Assembly (NCBI RefSeq): GCF_030028105.1
Contig: NC_092379.1
Location: 25,289,821 to 25,353,820, forward strand
Direction: 5' to 3'
DNA length: 64,000 nucleotides
Origin: Mobula birostris
Taxonomy: Eukaryota
Shown here: piece by piece, positions 40,830 to 52,933 of the stretch
Layout of the letters: each line of letters opens with the position of its first letter
How positions within the stretch are numbered: the stretch's first letter is position 1
Made by a program: the position numbers and the translations under genes
Notes under the pieces: model-generated
What the model saw: only the letters and a program-made list of their open reading frames with translations
The model's database searches: none
What the model was told of the DNA's origin: nothing

Positions 40830-42420
40830 GGTCGAGATTTCTGTGTCGAAGTAACTGATAGATTGCCATGTCTCTGCTTCACTGAAGCACGTTTCCTCTG
40901 AACACTCTGGACACGAGACTCCAACCAGAAGAGTTTTCCATCAGCCGTATGTACAGGAAGACGGCATTGTGAATGAGCAAATCAGGCGACATTTGCCTCA
41001 CTGTGGTGCACGCACGCATGTGCAATATAGATGGATATACTGCCGACCATTCTACGAACCAAGACAGTGCTCTGTTGTGATACATTTTTCAGTTTACAAA
41101 TCGCCAAAGGTAGAAGACATGCCAGAATTCGATCGAGTAAATATCACGATTAACAAACAAGATACGGCTTACTCTGACGCCGTTAACCTCCTTGAAGCGA
41201 GCTTCAATAGGATGATCAAAACAATTCTCTACCATGCTGCCATCCGTACATCATCTGCAACAAACAGTATGACCAAACACATGCAACCATTGCTACCATT
41301 AAGGATGTCTCCCGGTCCATTCCGCAGGAAATCGGACCATTTTTCTGCACATCTGTAAATTGGGGAATAAGGAGCAAACCATCGGAAGTTAGGGCAGTAA
41401 AGACTTTATGGAAAGGCAGAGGGCGACTGTGGGACTGGTTGAAATCGGTGGACAAGTCCATGTTCAATGACTCATCAGGGGACCTGAATGAATATGTCTT
41501 GGGTTTTGTGGACGTTATAAACACACACGTCTACGAGAGCGTTCCGCACGTCACCGAGTAATCCCAACAAAATCACTAAGAAATAAACTAAGAGCTTACA
41601 AATCTGTAGAGTTCTGGCGATCGAGCAATGTTCAGCAATTTTGGAAAAAAATGCAGAGAATACTATTTTACAGCAACGTGGCAATTCTGGAGTGAATTTG
41701 AATCCCATAACTATGCTTGAGAGCAGTAGCTGAAATTGAGGGCATTACCTTCTACAAAGCAAAACAATGCAAGCGAGTATATATTTTATTACAATTGCTT
41801 CCGGATCACCGCAATTCCATCCATACTGTCTTTGAGTACTTTAATATGTAAAATTGATGCAGTTAGTGTACATAAGCAATAAGCGATACTCCACGCTCAA
41901 CAATGATAGTGGTGGAACACAACTCCATGTGCATAGCCCAGACTTTATTCAATTTAATATCTATAATTTTCGCCTAACTGGTGCTGCAGTGCCGTATTTA
42001 TGTTTGCATAAATATGCATATTCACGACCGCCAAGAGCACCCCGAATACTCTGCGATATCCGTGTTAGAGATCGCTGGGAGAGCACTGTTCAGGACAATG
42101 AATCCGCAGATACCATCTGGTCCAGACTGTGTACCTGGCGGAGGATTGAAAACCTGAAATAGATAAAAAGGTATTTACGATAATTAAACACCTTGACTTG
42201 GACGTCAGAGGTACTCATCTGTCCCAAACAGGTTTCAATTACACTGGGGCCCAAGAAGAACGTGATACTATCCAGCTGTTATGATAAAGTACATTCAGAA
42301 GTTGTTCATAGAGCATATCATTCCTGCTTCATGATTCATAAAGATCCAATTTACGGGTATCTGCCTACTGCCACGACAGGTCAGCAACTGATGTTATTTT
42401 GTTTTGTTTTCATATTCATT
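40830..42420 (+). mobile_element. Degenerate Rex1/Babar-like LINE (endonuclease to RT start)
   Basis: Remnants of CFTE, the EN-RT linker (ESVD.S.F.DS..DLNEY), NP..ASGPD.VPG (~42100) and a QFAYR..RST-like stretch (~42360). Confidence 0.55.
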
Positions 42421-43939
42421 TACTATAGCTCAGTATTAAAAGATATTACCCAATCGGAAATGCATCAGTAATCTGTAAGATCGGAAGTTCATAAATTCAG
42501 TGTAAAACACCCTCAATTTCTTCACTCACAGACGCAATCAGTGTACATAAACAATAACCGATACTCCACGCTCAACAATAGCCCTGGGGCAACACAACTC
42601 CATGTGCATAGCCCTAACGTTATGGAATTCACATCTATAATTTTCTCCGAAGTACTGCTGCGGTGTCGTATTTATGATTTCCAATAACACCACACTTAAC
42701 CGATTTAACAATGTCGTGACGAATTCTCATTTAGAAGAAAGATGGAATATGTTGAAGAGTAGTGTCACAACAACAAAAATCTGACCACGGGTCGCAGGGA
42801 ATTCTCAAGATCTGATTATCGGCACCAGGAAGAAGATGGTGGCGGTCAATCTACCCTTTCCTGCTGGGGCATCGGCGTTGGAGTGGGTGAATTGATTTGA
42901 AATTCTTCAGTGTTAACATGTCAGTTCTCGGAACAAATAGTAAATGTCACTGCCGAAAAAACAAAAAAAAAAAAAAAACTATCCGTACATATCCCGTTTG
43001 CTATCTTCGATGTAAATTCGGCGCTTCACCAGACGTTGGACGTATTTGGACAGCTGAATAGTGTAGAGGATACCAACTGACTACATGTGTTACATTGAAC
43101 TTTTCCAGAAAAAACAGAATATGAACATTCATCCTCAAACTCTCACACTACCTCGGACATGCTCCCTTCTCTAGCCATGCTACCACAATCAAGCAGGAAA
43201 CATAGAAGCCATATGTCACGCGGTCGATTTCAGGAGCAGTCATTGCTCTGAAGTTATCTGGCTCCTGAATCTGCATGATTAAATTAACTCAGTAGAATCC
43301 AGAACAGATTCTGCACCCAAGAGATTCGCTTTCAAGCACTTTTACTGCTCATGCTCTCATGTATTTCTTTGCACAATTTGTCTTTTTTTTGAAAGGTTTT
43401 CTGTCAGTTTCTGCTTATATATCTTTTTTTGTAACTTCTTTTATAGCAAATATTTAAAGTATTTGTTTTAATTTGCAGTAAATGCTTTCAGGACACCGTA
43501 TTTAAATATTGTACAGCTTTACATTTCGGTACATGTATCCTTCATTTGCTATTCTCTTTGACTGCAGAGATGCATGAATAATCCAGGCAAGTGTCGCGAT
43601 AACGTCCCGAGGTATATATATATATATTAATAAAGTGTAGGAGGCTAACGGCTGACATGCGTGGACGAAACTAGGGTAAGGGAAGGCTAGTTGTTCCTGC
43701 AAGAGTATGCTATGGGCTAGTTCCGAAATGTGTACTCTCCAACATTATCTGCAAATGGCGCAGATGGCAGAAGAGCGACAACAGTGGAGGCCGAGTGAAT
43801 TCAGACATTTTATGATAAACTAAAATGTAAGGCTGCTCGGTGAAATAACGTTAAAATAGATAGGATCCCAAATTATGATTGAACATACACCAAATTATTG
43901 AAGAAAGCGTGACGGAGTTTTTTGGTACCAAGACCATCA

Positions 43940-44078
43940 NNNNNNNNNNNNNNNNNNNNNNNNNNNNNNNNNNNNNNNNNNNNNNNNNNNNNNNNNNNNN
44001 NNNNNNNNNNNNNNNNNNNNNNNNNNNNNNNNNNNNNNNNNNNNNNNNNNNNNNNNNNNNNNNNNNNNNNNNNNNNNN
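43940..44078. other. Assembly gap (N run)
   Basis: N characters. Confidence 1.
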
Positions 44079-45727
44079 AAGGATAAACATATATTTACCA
44101 TTATAACCAAATATTTGACTTTATTCTTCATGCTTTGGATTTCACGAGTCTCGAGTTTATGTTGCAGTTTTACATATATCTACATAATCCTCATCTGGAG
44201 ATTTTATTTTAATGATTTGCATTATTTTTTGGATTCATGAGCCGTGAGGTAATACGGCATCACTATGAAATGGGCAATGATTGCTCAGTTCTGATCTACT
44301 CATTATAGGAAGTACGTAGAATATTGAGAGATGTTGGAGACGAGATGTACTGGGATGCTGCCTGGTTTGCAGAAAATCTTTTGGAATGGCTATTTGTGCA
44401 CATCGGCTTTTTCTCTGAGGTGCGAAGGGAAATGAGAGATGACATGACATAGGTGTACAAGGCGATAAGTGACACACAGCGAGTATACTCCGAGAGACCC
44501 TTTCTCCCAGCCCAAAAATGGCAAATACCGAGTCTTTAAGGCGATTGGAAATAAGCATAGGAGGCATGAAAAAGGTACTGGAGCGATACTGTAGCATAGT
44601 AGTTGTGAGTGCTCCAATTTCCTACCACAGTCCCAGGACTTGCTGGTAGTAAGGTTAATTGGTCTATGGACATTTTCCTGTGAATAGGTTCGGGTTAAAC
44701 TGGGGGATTTCTGAGCGGCATGGGTCGAATAGCTGTCAGGCCTCTTTCACGCTAAATGTCAATAAGTAAAGAAATAGATAAACAGAGAGCGGTAGTACGT
44801 GGAAAGAGTTCCAAGGGTGATGGTAGTGGTAGATGCAGGGTCAATTAATAAATTCTTAGAAAGGCACATGGCTGATAGGAAAATGCAGGACGTTGTATGC
44901 GGGACAGTTAGATTACTCCCAGAGCAGAATAAAATTTCACCATCGTGCACCGAATGACCTGTGCTGCGTTATATCGTTGTATATTGACGATGTATAAACT
45001 AATACTGGCTCCCAGAGTATAAGCAGGTTGTGGAGACTACGTGTAGATTCAATACTGAGATATTATGTCCCTGCTAGAATGAAATGTGCTATCAGACTGG
45101 ACGTGCTCGGTTGCAGTTTGTTTCCACTGAAACTGCGGAGTCTCAGGCGACACCTGATAGAAGGGTATATGTTATTGAAAGACGTAAAGGATATGGAAAA
45201 TTACAGTATTTTTTCTGTGTTTACATATTTAATACGAGAGTTCATATAACTGTAGAGATATTTTGTTTAAGAAGCTGTGTTTTTGTTGGTTCATAGATAA
45301 TGATGCTAGGTGCCTTGTGAGCGCTGCCAGGGAAGATAAATAAGAAGTTACGTTCTGAAGAATTTGTAGGACCCGTATAGAAGCGGCCTGCGAATCAGGG
45401 ACATAAAGCATTATTTGAATTATATTTATCAGGGTGCGCCCTCCAATCAAGTTTGCATTTGTACCTGCCATTCCTTCCTTCAAATCGACATTCGTTTTGG
45501 TACATACGGAGTTATCTAATCGATTTCAATAACGTACTAATCGGAAAATGATTTGCAATGAAACATATACTCTAAAGAGAATACATCAACGAATGTCTTC
45601 TGAACAAAAGTAAATCTACAGAATACTCATTAATCCCGCTCAAATGCCACTAAGTGTCAGTATATGTAAAATAACTAATGTCCCCGTTGAATGGAATCGT
45701 TTGATGCGTTAACTAAATCTCTCCCCA

Positions 45728-45730
<3 letters not shown>

Positions 45731-45783
<53 letters not shown>

Positions 45784-45806
45784 TCTCTCTTTCTCTTTCC
45801 CTCTCT
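45731..45806. repeat. (CT)n microsatellite
   Basis: Direct read. Confidence 0.95.
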
Positions 45807-48479
45807 AATTAACATAGGGGAAAAACCATAAGAGCTGATTTAGATAAGTACCAACATTATCAGAAACAGACCCAAGTACAGCAGCTGAGGGAGAGATTCT
45901 TAATAGACGTTTCCCCAATAGAATACAACATAATTAAGAGAAAAATGCAAAATCATTCGTCAACATTCTTCACAGTTCTTTTTTAAAATATTTTAATGAT
46001 CATTTCTGTCCAAAAATAACTAATAATAAATGGAGGCCACACATTAGTTCCATCTTGCTCCACTATTTTATCTTTACCTATGAAATGTTTGAATTTCATG
46101 TTTTACAACAAATCGGTAGCTACCGGCATTATTTACCGTGGAAGTACAAATGTCACGAAAGGCATCTTCCACAGAACAGTCAGATATGCTCTTTTCATTT
46201 TTTTTTTAATCCAGGCTTCTAGAGTTACTCTCGCTGCTCAATGTTCTCGTTGAAGCCTACACACAATATTTATTTGAATATATCTATGGTATCAGCGAAA
46301 GCATCCTGTTGTCAGGGTTACTCCTTATAACAATGGTCAGTGAGGCACAGGCAGTTCTGTATTTACCGACATGAACCTTTATTGCTTAAAGTAAGCAGTA
46401 CGTGAATTCACACAATAAATGTCTTATGTTTGCACGCACTAAGTTTCCTTGATTTTTCTGAATAGTCATAGAACACCAGAGGAATTACTTGGGCAAAGGG
46501 ATCTCCGCTGTTCACGCGTTTCTCGTAGTCCCCATTTACTCGCCACGTATTCCAAGCAGGGTTGCACACACTTGCGTCCGCGATGGTACTTCTTCTAACT
46601 TACCTTTGACATTATACAGGATGCGTCCACATTCATATCGTTCTTTATCAAATCAAATATTGCATTCTAGTGTCATTGGCCATAGTTTATGTCCCTGACC
46701 ATTAATTACTTGTTATTGCTCTGCTCCAATCCATCATCCATTTATTGTTCTCTTACCATCAAAAACTGTCGATGATTTATGTCTCTTTTTTTTTTCTCAG
46801 TCACCAATCAGTTCGAATAACTGCAAGCAAGCACCAAACCTAACATTCACAAATGTGCATGTTCTATGCAACAGAGGAGCATTATACAAATAGATTTTAT
46901 TTTTTTTTTCTTTTTTGGAAATAGAATCTAGTCCAGCAGTTTACCCGGAGCACCATTGAGTCATCTGCAAAATATTGACCATGCCAAGCACTTCAAGCTG
47001 ACAAAATGGAAAATACAGTGTTTCACAAATTGGTTGTCTTCATCACAAAGCACAAGGGATGAAAAAAAAAATCTGCTAGTCTACTTCCACTGTCCTCGAT
47101 TAATTCGAATTCACTGATTTCTAGACTCCAAGGCAGTGTAACGAATGAAGTTTTTTCGAAACTTTGAGAGCAGAGTATATGTTTTTTTGTTTTTTTGTTT
47201 TTTTTTTGTTTATGTTTGAATTGGTCTACAAGTTATTGCTGAAGCATTGTGTACGTTAGACTGAGCAGACGTTGAATAGACCGAGTTTTCGTGGAAGGAG
47301 TAAAATTGTATAAAGTCAATAGATATGTATGAAGAGAAAGACAAGAGAATGACGGCAGAGTATGTGTGAGTCCCCAACTTTTCAGTATTTACATTTGGCA
47401 GACAGAATGTCATTTATATCTGCATAACCACAGAAATAATTGTAGGTCTTTCTGAGAGGTTATATCCATCTACTTATCTATCTACCTGCCTATCTATCAA
47501 AATATTTACCTATCTCACTGACTCTGTGCTTGTGACGACCTGTGCTTGTAGTTTATTGGAAATAGTTCTCACTATTCGTATTATGCAGATTTTAGAAATG
47601 TCTTAACACATCTACAGAACATAAAATAATCCAGGTACGTTGTTTTTTTGCATGGAATTCAAAGTAGATGCTCTCGATCGCCTCAACGATTTGAACTGCC
47701 ATTCATAGAAAGAGCCAACTGCGAGAAAACATACTATTTTTTTTTTGTTCGCCTAAACATGAATTTCCCTTAACTATTACTTTCGAAACTAGTTCCGTGC
47801 ATGCATATACTTCTGCAAATGTTTGTGTTAGACCGGCCAAGATCATTGAAATTGCATCTTTGGCAATGACATTTTTAACCATTGGTATTTATTAAGTAGC
47901 ATTTAAAAGTGGGCAAAGCGGTTTAAGTTCCGTAGCAGGTCTGAATCACAGCATATCCTTACAAATACCTGGCTGCGCAAAGATAGCACTGCTGACATTA
48001 TCTATGTGTTACCGAATGAAGTGCAATCTTAAGCAAATTTAAGTATTTAAGTTGTCATACAGTCCGGTATGGGGTGTTTGCAGATGTGGCTTATTAACAT
48101 AAAAAATGAAGCAGGGAAATAACAGAAAAAAAAAAAAAACTGTTGAAATGCATCTGCACTTATTTCATTTTTCATGCGTGGCAAATGTAACCAATTAATT
48201 CGCCATCACCCACCACATACTCTGGGCATTCATGTTTATTTTACTCAGAATAACTTTCAGCATCAGTAGCTCGAAATTACTGAGAAATGTACTGAACTTG
48301 AAAATCACAATTGACTGATCTTCTTTAAAAACGTTATTCCATTCGTGATGTGGAACACCGATATTTATATCAATAAGTAGGATGATAATCATTAGAGCCG
48401 TGAATCGCGTGGCAGAAGGCTGCTAAATGTTAAGTGTAGACGTTGAGTTTATTTTTAATTGCTACCTATTTTGAAGGTG

Positions 48480-48587
48480 TGACTCAAGCTGGTTGTTATG
48501 TGGGTGGTGTAACATCGCTTAAGCAAATAGAGGTCTCAGCCTATAGGCTCCGCCCATAATCGCACCCATGTATTTTGTTGCTTAAAT
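48480..48587 (+). promoter_or_regulatory. Putative VH promoter
   Basis: TGACTCA (AP-1/CRE-like) at 48480-48486, AAGCAAAT (7/8 octamer) at 48521-48528, GC box CCGCCC at 48550-48555, TATA-like TTAAAT at 48582-48587, all ~90-200 bp upstream of the leader ATG. Confidence 0.5.
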
Positions 48588-48675
48588 GTCAACCACCGTT
48601 GCATAGTTCAAACTCCCCGCAGTCGGATGCCGTCAAGTGCTGTGCAGAGTCGCTCCGTTTGAAAGCGTCAGTGGG

Positions 48676-48721
48676 ATGAAATCGCTTGCTTTAGTCGGCG
48701 TGTTCCTGGCTTTATTAACCC
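48676..48721 (+). CDS. IGHV: IgH V leader exon (MKSLALVGVFLALLT, phase 1)
   Basis: ATG in good context (gggATGa), hydrophobic signal peptide, GT donor at 48722, splices in frame to 48877. Confidence 0.9.
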
Positions 48722-48876
48722 GTGCGTAATTTGGATTGAAATATTTCTCACTTTCTCTGATTCAGTCATTCTTCCATTGCATTCAGTCTCTAGAGTTTTA
48801 CTTTATAAATTCTAACGATAAGAGTCACTGTCACAAAATTGATTTTCAGGTTTTTATCTTTGTATTTAACATACAG

Positions 48877-49180
48877 GTGTCCATTCCGATGTCGTGTTAA
48901 CTCAGCCCCCGTCGGAGACTGCCAGACCCGAAGGATCAGTGAAGCTCACCTGTAAAACCAATGGGTTTGATCTCAGTAGCTACTATATGCACTTGGTCCG
49001 TCAGGTCAGCGGACAGGGGCTGGAATGGCTCCTTGCATACAAGAATCCTTCAAACAAGTATTTCGCCCCAGGGATCGAGAACAGATTCACTCCGTCCAAA
49101 GACTCCACAAACAATATGTTCACCGTTGATGTGACACAGCTACAAACGGACGATACCGCTGTCTATTACTGTGCGAGAGA
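48877..49180 (+). CDS. IGHV: IgM-type VH exon, germline and unrearranged
   Basis: AG acceptor at 48875-48876. Translation (R)[52 protein letters not shown]...[13 protein letters not shown]...DTAVYYCAR has both Cys and an elasmobranch IgM VH pattern. Confidence 0.97.
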
Positions 49181-49219
49181 CACAGTGCGGCGAACAGGAG
49201 TCTAGCCTGTACAATAACG
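49181..49219 (+). other. VH 3' RSS, 23-bp spacer
   Basis: CACAGTG, 23 nt, ACAATAACG. Confidence 0.92.
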
Positions 49220-49572
49220 GTGAGATGAAACACTATATTTTATATCATAAACTAGCAGTGAGTCATTATTCTATTTGCAACAATGGGAGGACATAAAATG
49301 AGCGCACATGTACCTCCATGATTTATTCGCAGTATCATACATAATATCAAATACACTGATGTGGCACTTTATTCCTGTTTCTCCTGTTTGACACCAGCTG
49401 TTGATAATTCTGAAGTAGAACACTTTATTTGATTCAATGTGAATGGTGCAGGGAGAGAGAAAGGATGGGTTGATTTAAAATTCAATCCTGTTTGTGAACT
49501 GCTGGATAATTTAAAATAGATTCAAAGCCTATTTCAAGAGAAACTTGTGCTTCATAGTGTCTGCTGTTTTTT

Positions 49573-49653
49573 TTTTTTTGTTGGGGTCTGTCTCACTGTG
49601 CGTATACAGTGGGTACACTGTGCTGTAAGCAGCGCATTTCCCGTACAAAAACC
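49573..49653 (+). other. IGHD: DH1 segment (49601-49615, cgtatacagtgggta) with 5' 12-RSS and 3' 22-RSS
   Basis: 5' side: TTTTTTTGT, 12 nt, CACTGTG (49594-49600). 3' side: CACTGTG (49616-49622), 22 nt, ACAAAAACC (49645-49653). Confidence 0.93.
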
Positions 49654-49855
49654 TGGACAGGTAGTCTACTGCCTCTTGACCATGCCAACACAGCAGGAGA
49701 GGCTACCGAATGGACATTGAAATAAATCGATGTTGACTTCTATAGTTATAGCTACAAAAAGAACAAAATCAAAAAAAAAATGGCGTTCTGTCCCACGAAA
49801 GCGGAAGCATCTATGGATAGGATGCGAGAGGACAACATGAGCGGACAACCTGCAG

Positions 49856-49923
49856 AATATTTGTCAGGGTGTGTCTCACTGTGTATACTGGATGGCACAG
49901 TGTGTGGCTCCAATACAAAAAAA
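49856..49923 (+). other. IGHD: DH2 segment (49884-49895, tatactggatgg) with 12-RSS on both sides
   Basis: 5' side: AATATTTGT, 12 nt, CACTGTG (49877-49883). 3' side: CACAGTG (49896-49902), 12 nt, ACAAAAAAA (49915-49923). Confidence 0.93.
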
Positions 49924-50263
49924 AAAACATCTGATCGCTAATTGTGTGCTTCAGTTGTTTTTTTTTTTCTTTCTTCTTCTTTCATTCGATATTTCTGTAT
50001 AAGTCTTGATGCACTTGTTCTACATGTGCATAAAGCACTAATTAGTCTGAATGAACCAGCCTGGATATGTTCATCATTTATCTCTCAAGAAGTCTCATGT
50101 AATTTCGGCAGCGTGTCTGAAATACAGTATTATCTGATCTTCTGTCGGTTAAGCAAGTTTTTTTTACGAGCTTCTGTTTTCTAATAATCAAATATAACTG
50201 CAATTTATTTGGATTATGGCTATATGCACAATTGTCGAACTTGTCCTTCTTATTTACAGAGCC

Positions 50264-50302
50264 GGTAATTGTGTGATGCAGACCAGGGAATATAGCACCG
50301 TG
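50264..50302 (+). other. JH 5' RSS, 23-bp spacer
   Basis: GGTAATTGT, 23 nt, CACCGTG. Confidence 0.88.
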
Positions 50303-50350
50303 ACTATTTAGATTACTGGGGAGGAGGCACCATGTTGACGGTAACAAACG
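50303..50350 (+). CDS. IGHJ: JH segment (YLDYWGGGTMLTVTN)
   Basis: WGxG motif, phase-1 GTAAG donor at 50351. Confidence 0.96.
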
Positions 50351-52309
50351 GTAAGAAGCAAAAACCTGTTCTTCAAAAAGTGTTCCAATTGAAATTTAAT
50401 TCTATGTTTAGTTTGTGATTTTGATTATTCTTTCTTCTGATTATGTTTTGCTTTCAAGTGAACTCGCGATTAATGTCGCTTTGTTAAGTAATTTGTGATT
50501 CTGTCCAATTATGTTGTGGAATTCAGCGTATTTTCGACTCGTTGATACTAAAATATTCATGATTTACTATTCATCTACTGAATTAAATAATGACCGGTCA
50601 CCATTTCAGCATTCCGATGCTCTCAGTTTGTTAGGAATTCCAAATTTGATAAACCTAAACAATATATGTCCATTCTGTACAATGGAAAACATTTCATTTC
50701 AAACTGTTTCTCCTATCTACGGAGAATAAAACAGAACACGAATGACAGTATAATTGAACCTCGTTAGGAACATATGCATTCATTAATGGAATTGCATTAT
50801 CGACCAGTGAACCAGCTCCCAACATGGCTTGCAGAGGGGAAGTTTTTTTTTTAAACCAAAAACTGCAGCAGTTCAACAATCATGGACTCAAAAATGCATG
50901 CATCTGTCTAAATTGATTTATCGTGGTCTTGCAACTAGAAGTAATATCACAGTAACAACAAAATCTTGATATTTATGAAGCGATCCATGGAACAATAATT
51001 CAAGGATTGTCGGATATTTAGCGTTATCTCAGGGAATGCGTGTTCTCGTTCCTCTCACTGCCTTCAGGCTTTTAAGCCATTAGGCATTCTTTGTTTAGAA
51101 AGGCCTGGATAAAATCGATGTGCAGAACATTTTTTTGTTCCACGGAAAACAAAAAAAAAAAATAGGATCCGATACTTAAAAGGCCATTTCATTTGATTTG
51201 AAATTAGCCAGTAAGTCCATCATATCATGAATGAGAAGTAGTTTATTTCGGTATGAAATATGGATTCTGCAAAGTCCGTTGTTATACATAGGATTCCGAG
51301 CGTCAGCTGAGGAATAGTGCAACTGGGGATTATGAGGAGGTAGGAAAATGGACATAAAAGAGCAAAACCGATAGGCAATGCAGAAGCTGTGGTCCCAATG
51401 ATCTGAAACATCTCATAAACCTTATGGTCATATGATCCTGTTGATTAATCTGGAACATATGTATTTGATTTTGTTTTTGTTTTCATCAGATGTAGGCAGT
51501 TTGTATTGATATATTTTTGTACTTAGAGGACAAAAAGTAAAACGACAAATTGGAGTTAAAATAGCTGCATTTTGAAAAGTATAAATTATACGGCCGAATT
51601 ATATTGCTATCCACTGATTCAAACACTAGCATATATTAGGTGAATCGTATATGAAAACAAAGAGTTTCATCAAACACAAACAAATCATTACTGATAATTT
51701 GAAATCATGTGATCTGGAAACTTTAGGCACTATCGTAGTAATGCAAATACGGCATTACAGAGTTAAATACAGTCCCTGGAATCAAATTCTTACTGTGATA
51801 TTGTGGGCTGTTTGAATAATTTGTAAACTGCAGGCAGATTAATGATACTGAATAAATAAATAATCTTCTCAAGGTCATTGAAGTGAAGTAGTTTTGAAGG
51901 TTCCATTTTGAGACCTGGTCGGGAGTGGCATTGTTTAATAAATGCGGGTAGTATTGGGATTCTATTGAGGGTTTTGTTCAGTCTATAAGAGAGGCAGCAA
52001 GTGTTTCTACTTTATAAATTGTCACATGAGATTACCGCAAAAGCACAATTAATTTATTATCCATAAGTTGTTGATTTAAACATTCTTATTTAATACATTA
52101 CCTTAAGTATGAACATTTAAAAGTGCAGAAAGAAAATGCCTAAGACTAAATGAACCCCGTTATTTTGTTTTTCTTAAAAAAAATATATGTGGATCATGCA
52201 ACATAGACGGAGGAAGAAACAGTTTTGGTATTTCATCTTGACAATAATTTGATTGGAGTGTGACTGAAGGGTCCCTAAGCATAAAAATAAATAAAAAAAT
52301 AAAGTCTCA

Positions 52310-52470
52310 CACATCAAAGTTGCTGGTGAAAGCAGCAGGCCAGGCAGCATCTCTACGAAGAGGTACAGTCGACGTTTCAAGCCGAGACCCTTCGTCCTGA
52401 CGCGTTCACCAGCAACTTTGATGTGTTTTGCTTGAATTTCCTGCATCTTCAGAAATCCTGTTGTTTGCGT
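52310..52470. mobile_element. Penelope-tail fold-back element in the J-Cmu intron
   Basis: Perfect 21-bp inverted repeat (52310-52330 and 52405-52425). The left arm is nearly identical to 7760-7846. The centre is a hammerhead remnant. Confidence 0.85.
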
Positions 52471-52827
52471 TTTAAAATAAATAAAGTCTATTGGTTTACC
52501 CCTAATAATTCGAATGTATAAGACTGGGAAATATGAACATTCCAGCACAGTGCAGGCCATGCGGCTCACAGAATTGTGCAGACTTCTTCACCTGCTCTCT
52601 AATCAACCAAACTTGCTGTACAATACTAGAGATTTTCCTCTATCTATGTGGGTGTCTAATAGTTTATTATATGTCGCTCTTAAATGTGTCTTTCCTATTA
52701 CAATTCGTAGAGTGTACAAGGACGTACCAGTCTGTGTATAAATCATTACAGTTCAAATAGACAAACCGAAATGTCCTCATTGACATCTGTACGGATATCT
52801 ATGTTATTCTAATACGGTGTGACTGTG

Positions 52828-52898
52828 CTGGTCGGGGTTGTAGTGGCATCTGAACTGGACTTCGAGAGGAATAGCCCTGGTCTCGAATACGGCCGGAC

Positions 52899-52932
<34 letters not shown>
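52828..52932 (+). mobile_element. Short tRNA-like retroposon with an A30 tail
   Basis: About 75 nt with A-box-like ggttgtagtggc and B-box-like gtctcgaatac, an A run at 52903-52932, and a possible TSD gtgtgactgtg/gtgtaactgcg. Confidence 0.45.

Positions 52933-52933
<1 letters not shown>

Noticed and set aside
10183-44222. Isolated perfect octamers at 10183 and 44215
   Set aside because: They lie in or near TE remnants without supporting motifs, and the count is compatible with chance in AT-rich DNA.
48843-48876. Upstream acceptor ttttcag/G in the leader intron
   Set aside because: It is in frame but introduces TAA before the V exon. The downstream acceptor gives the canonical VHS-DVV leader.
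49605-49611. Cryptic heptamer TACAGTG inside D1
   Set aside because: No nonamer at a 12 or 23 spacing.
52546-52552. CACAGTG in the J-Cmu intron as an extra RSS or second J
   Set aside because: No nonamer at 12 or 23 nt and no WGxG segment nearby.
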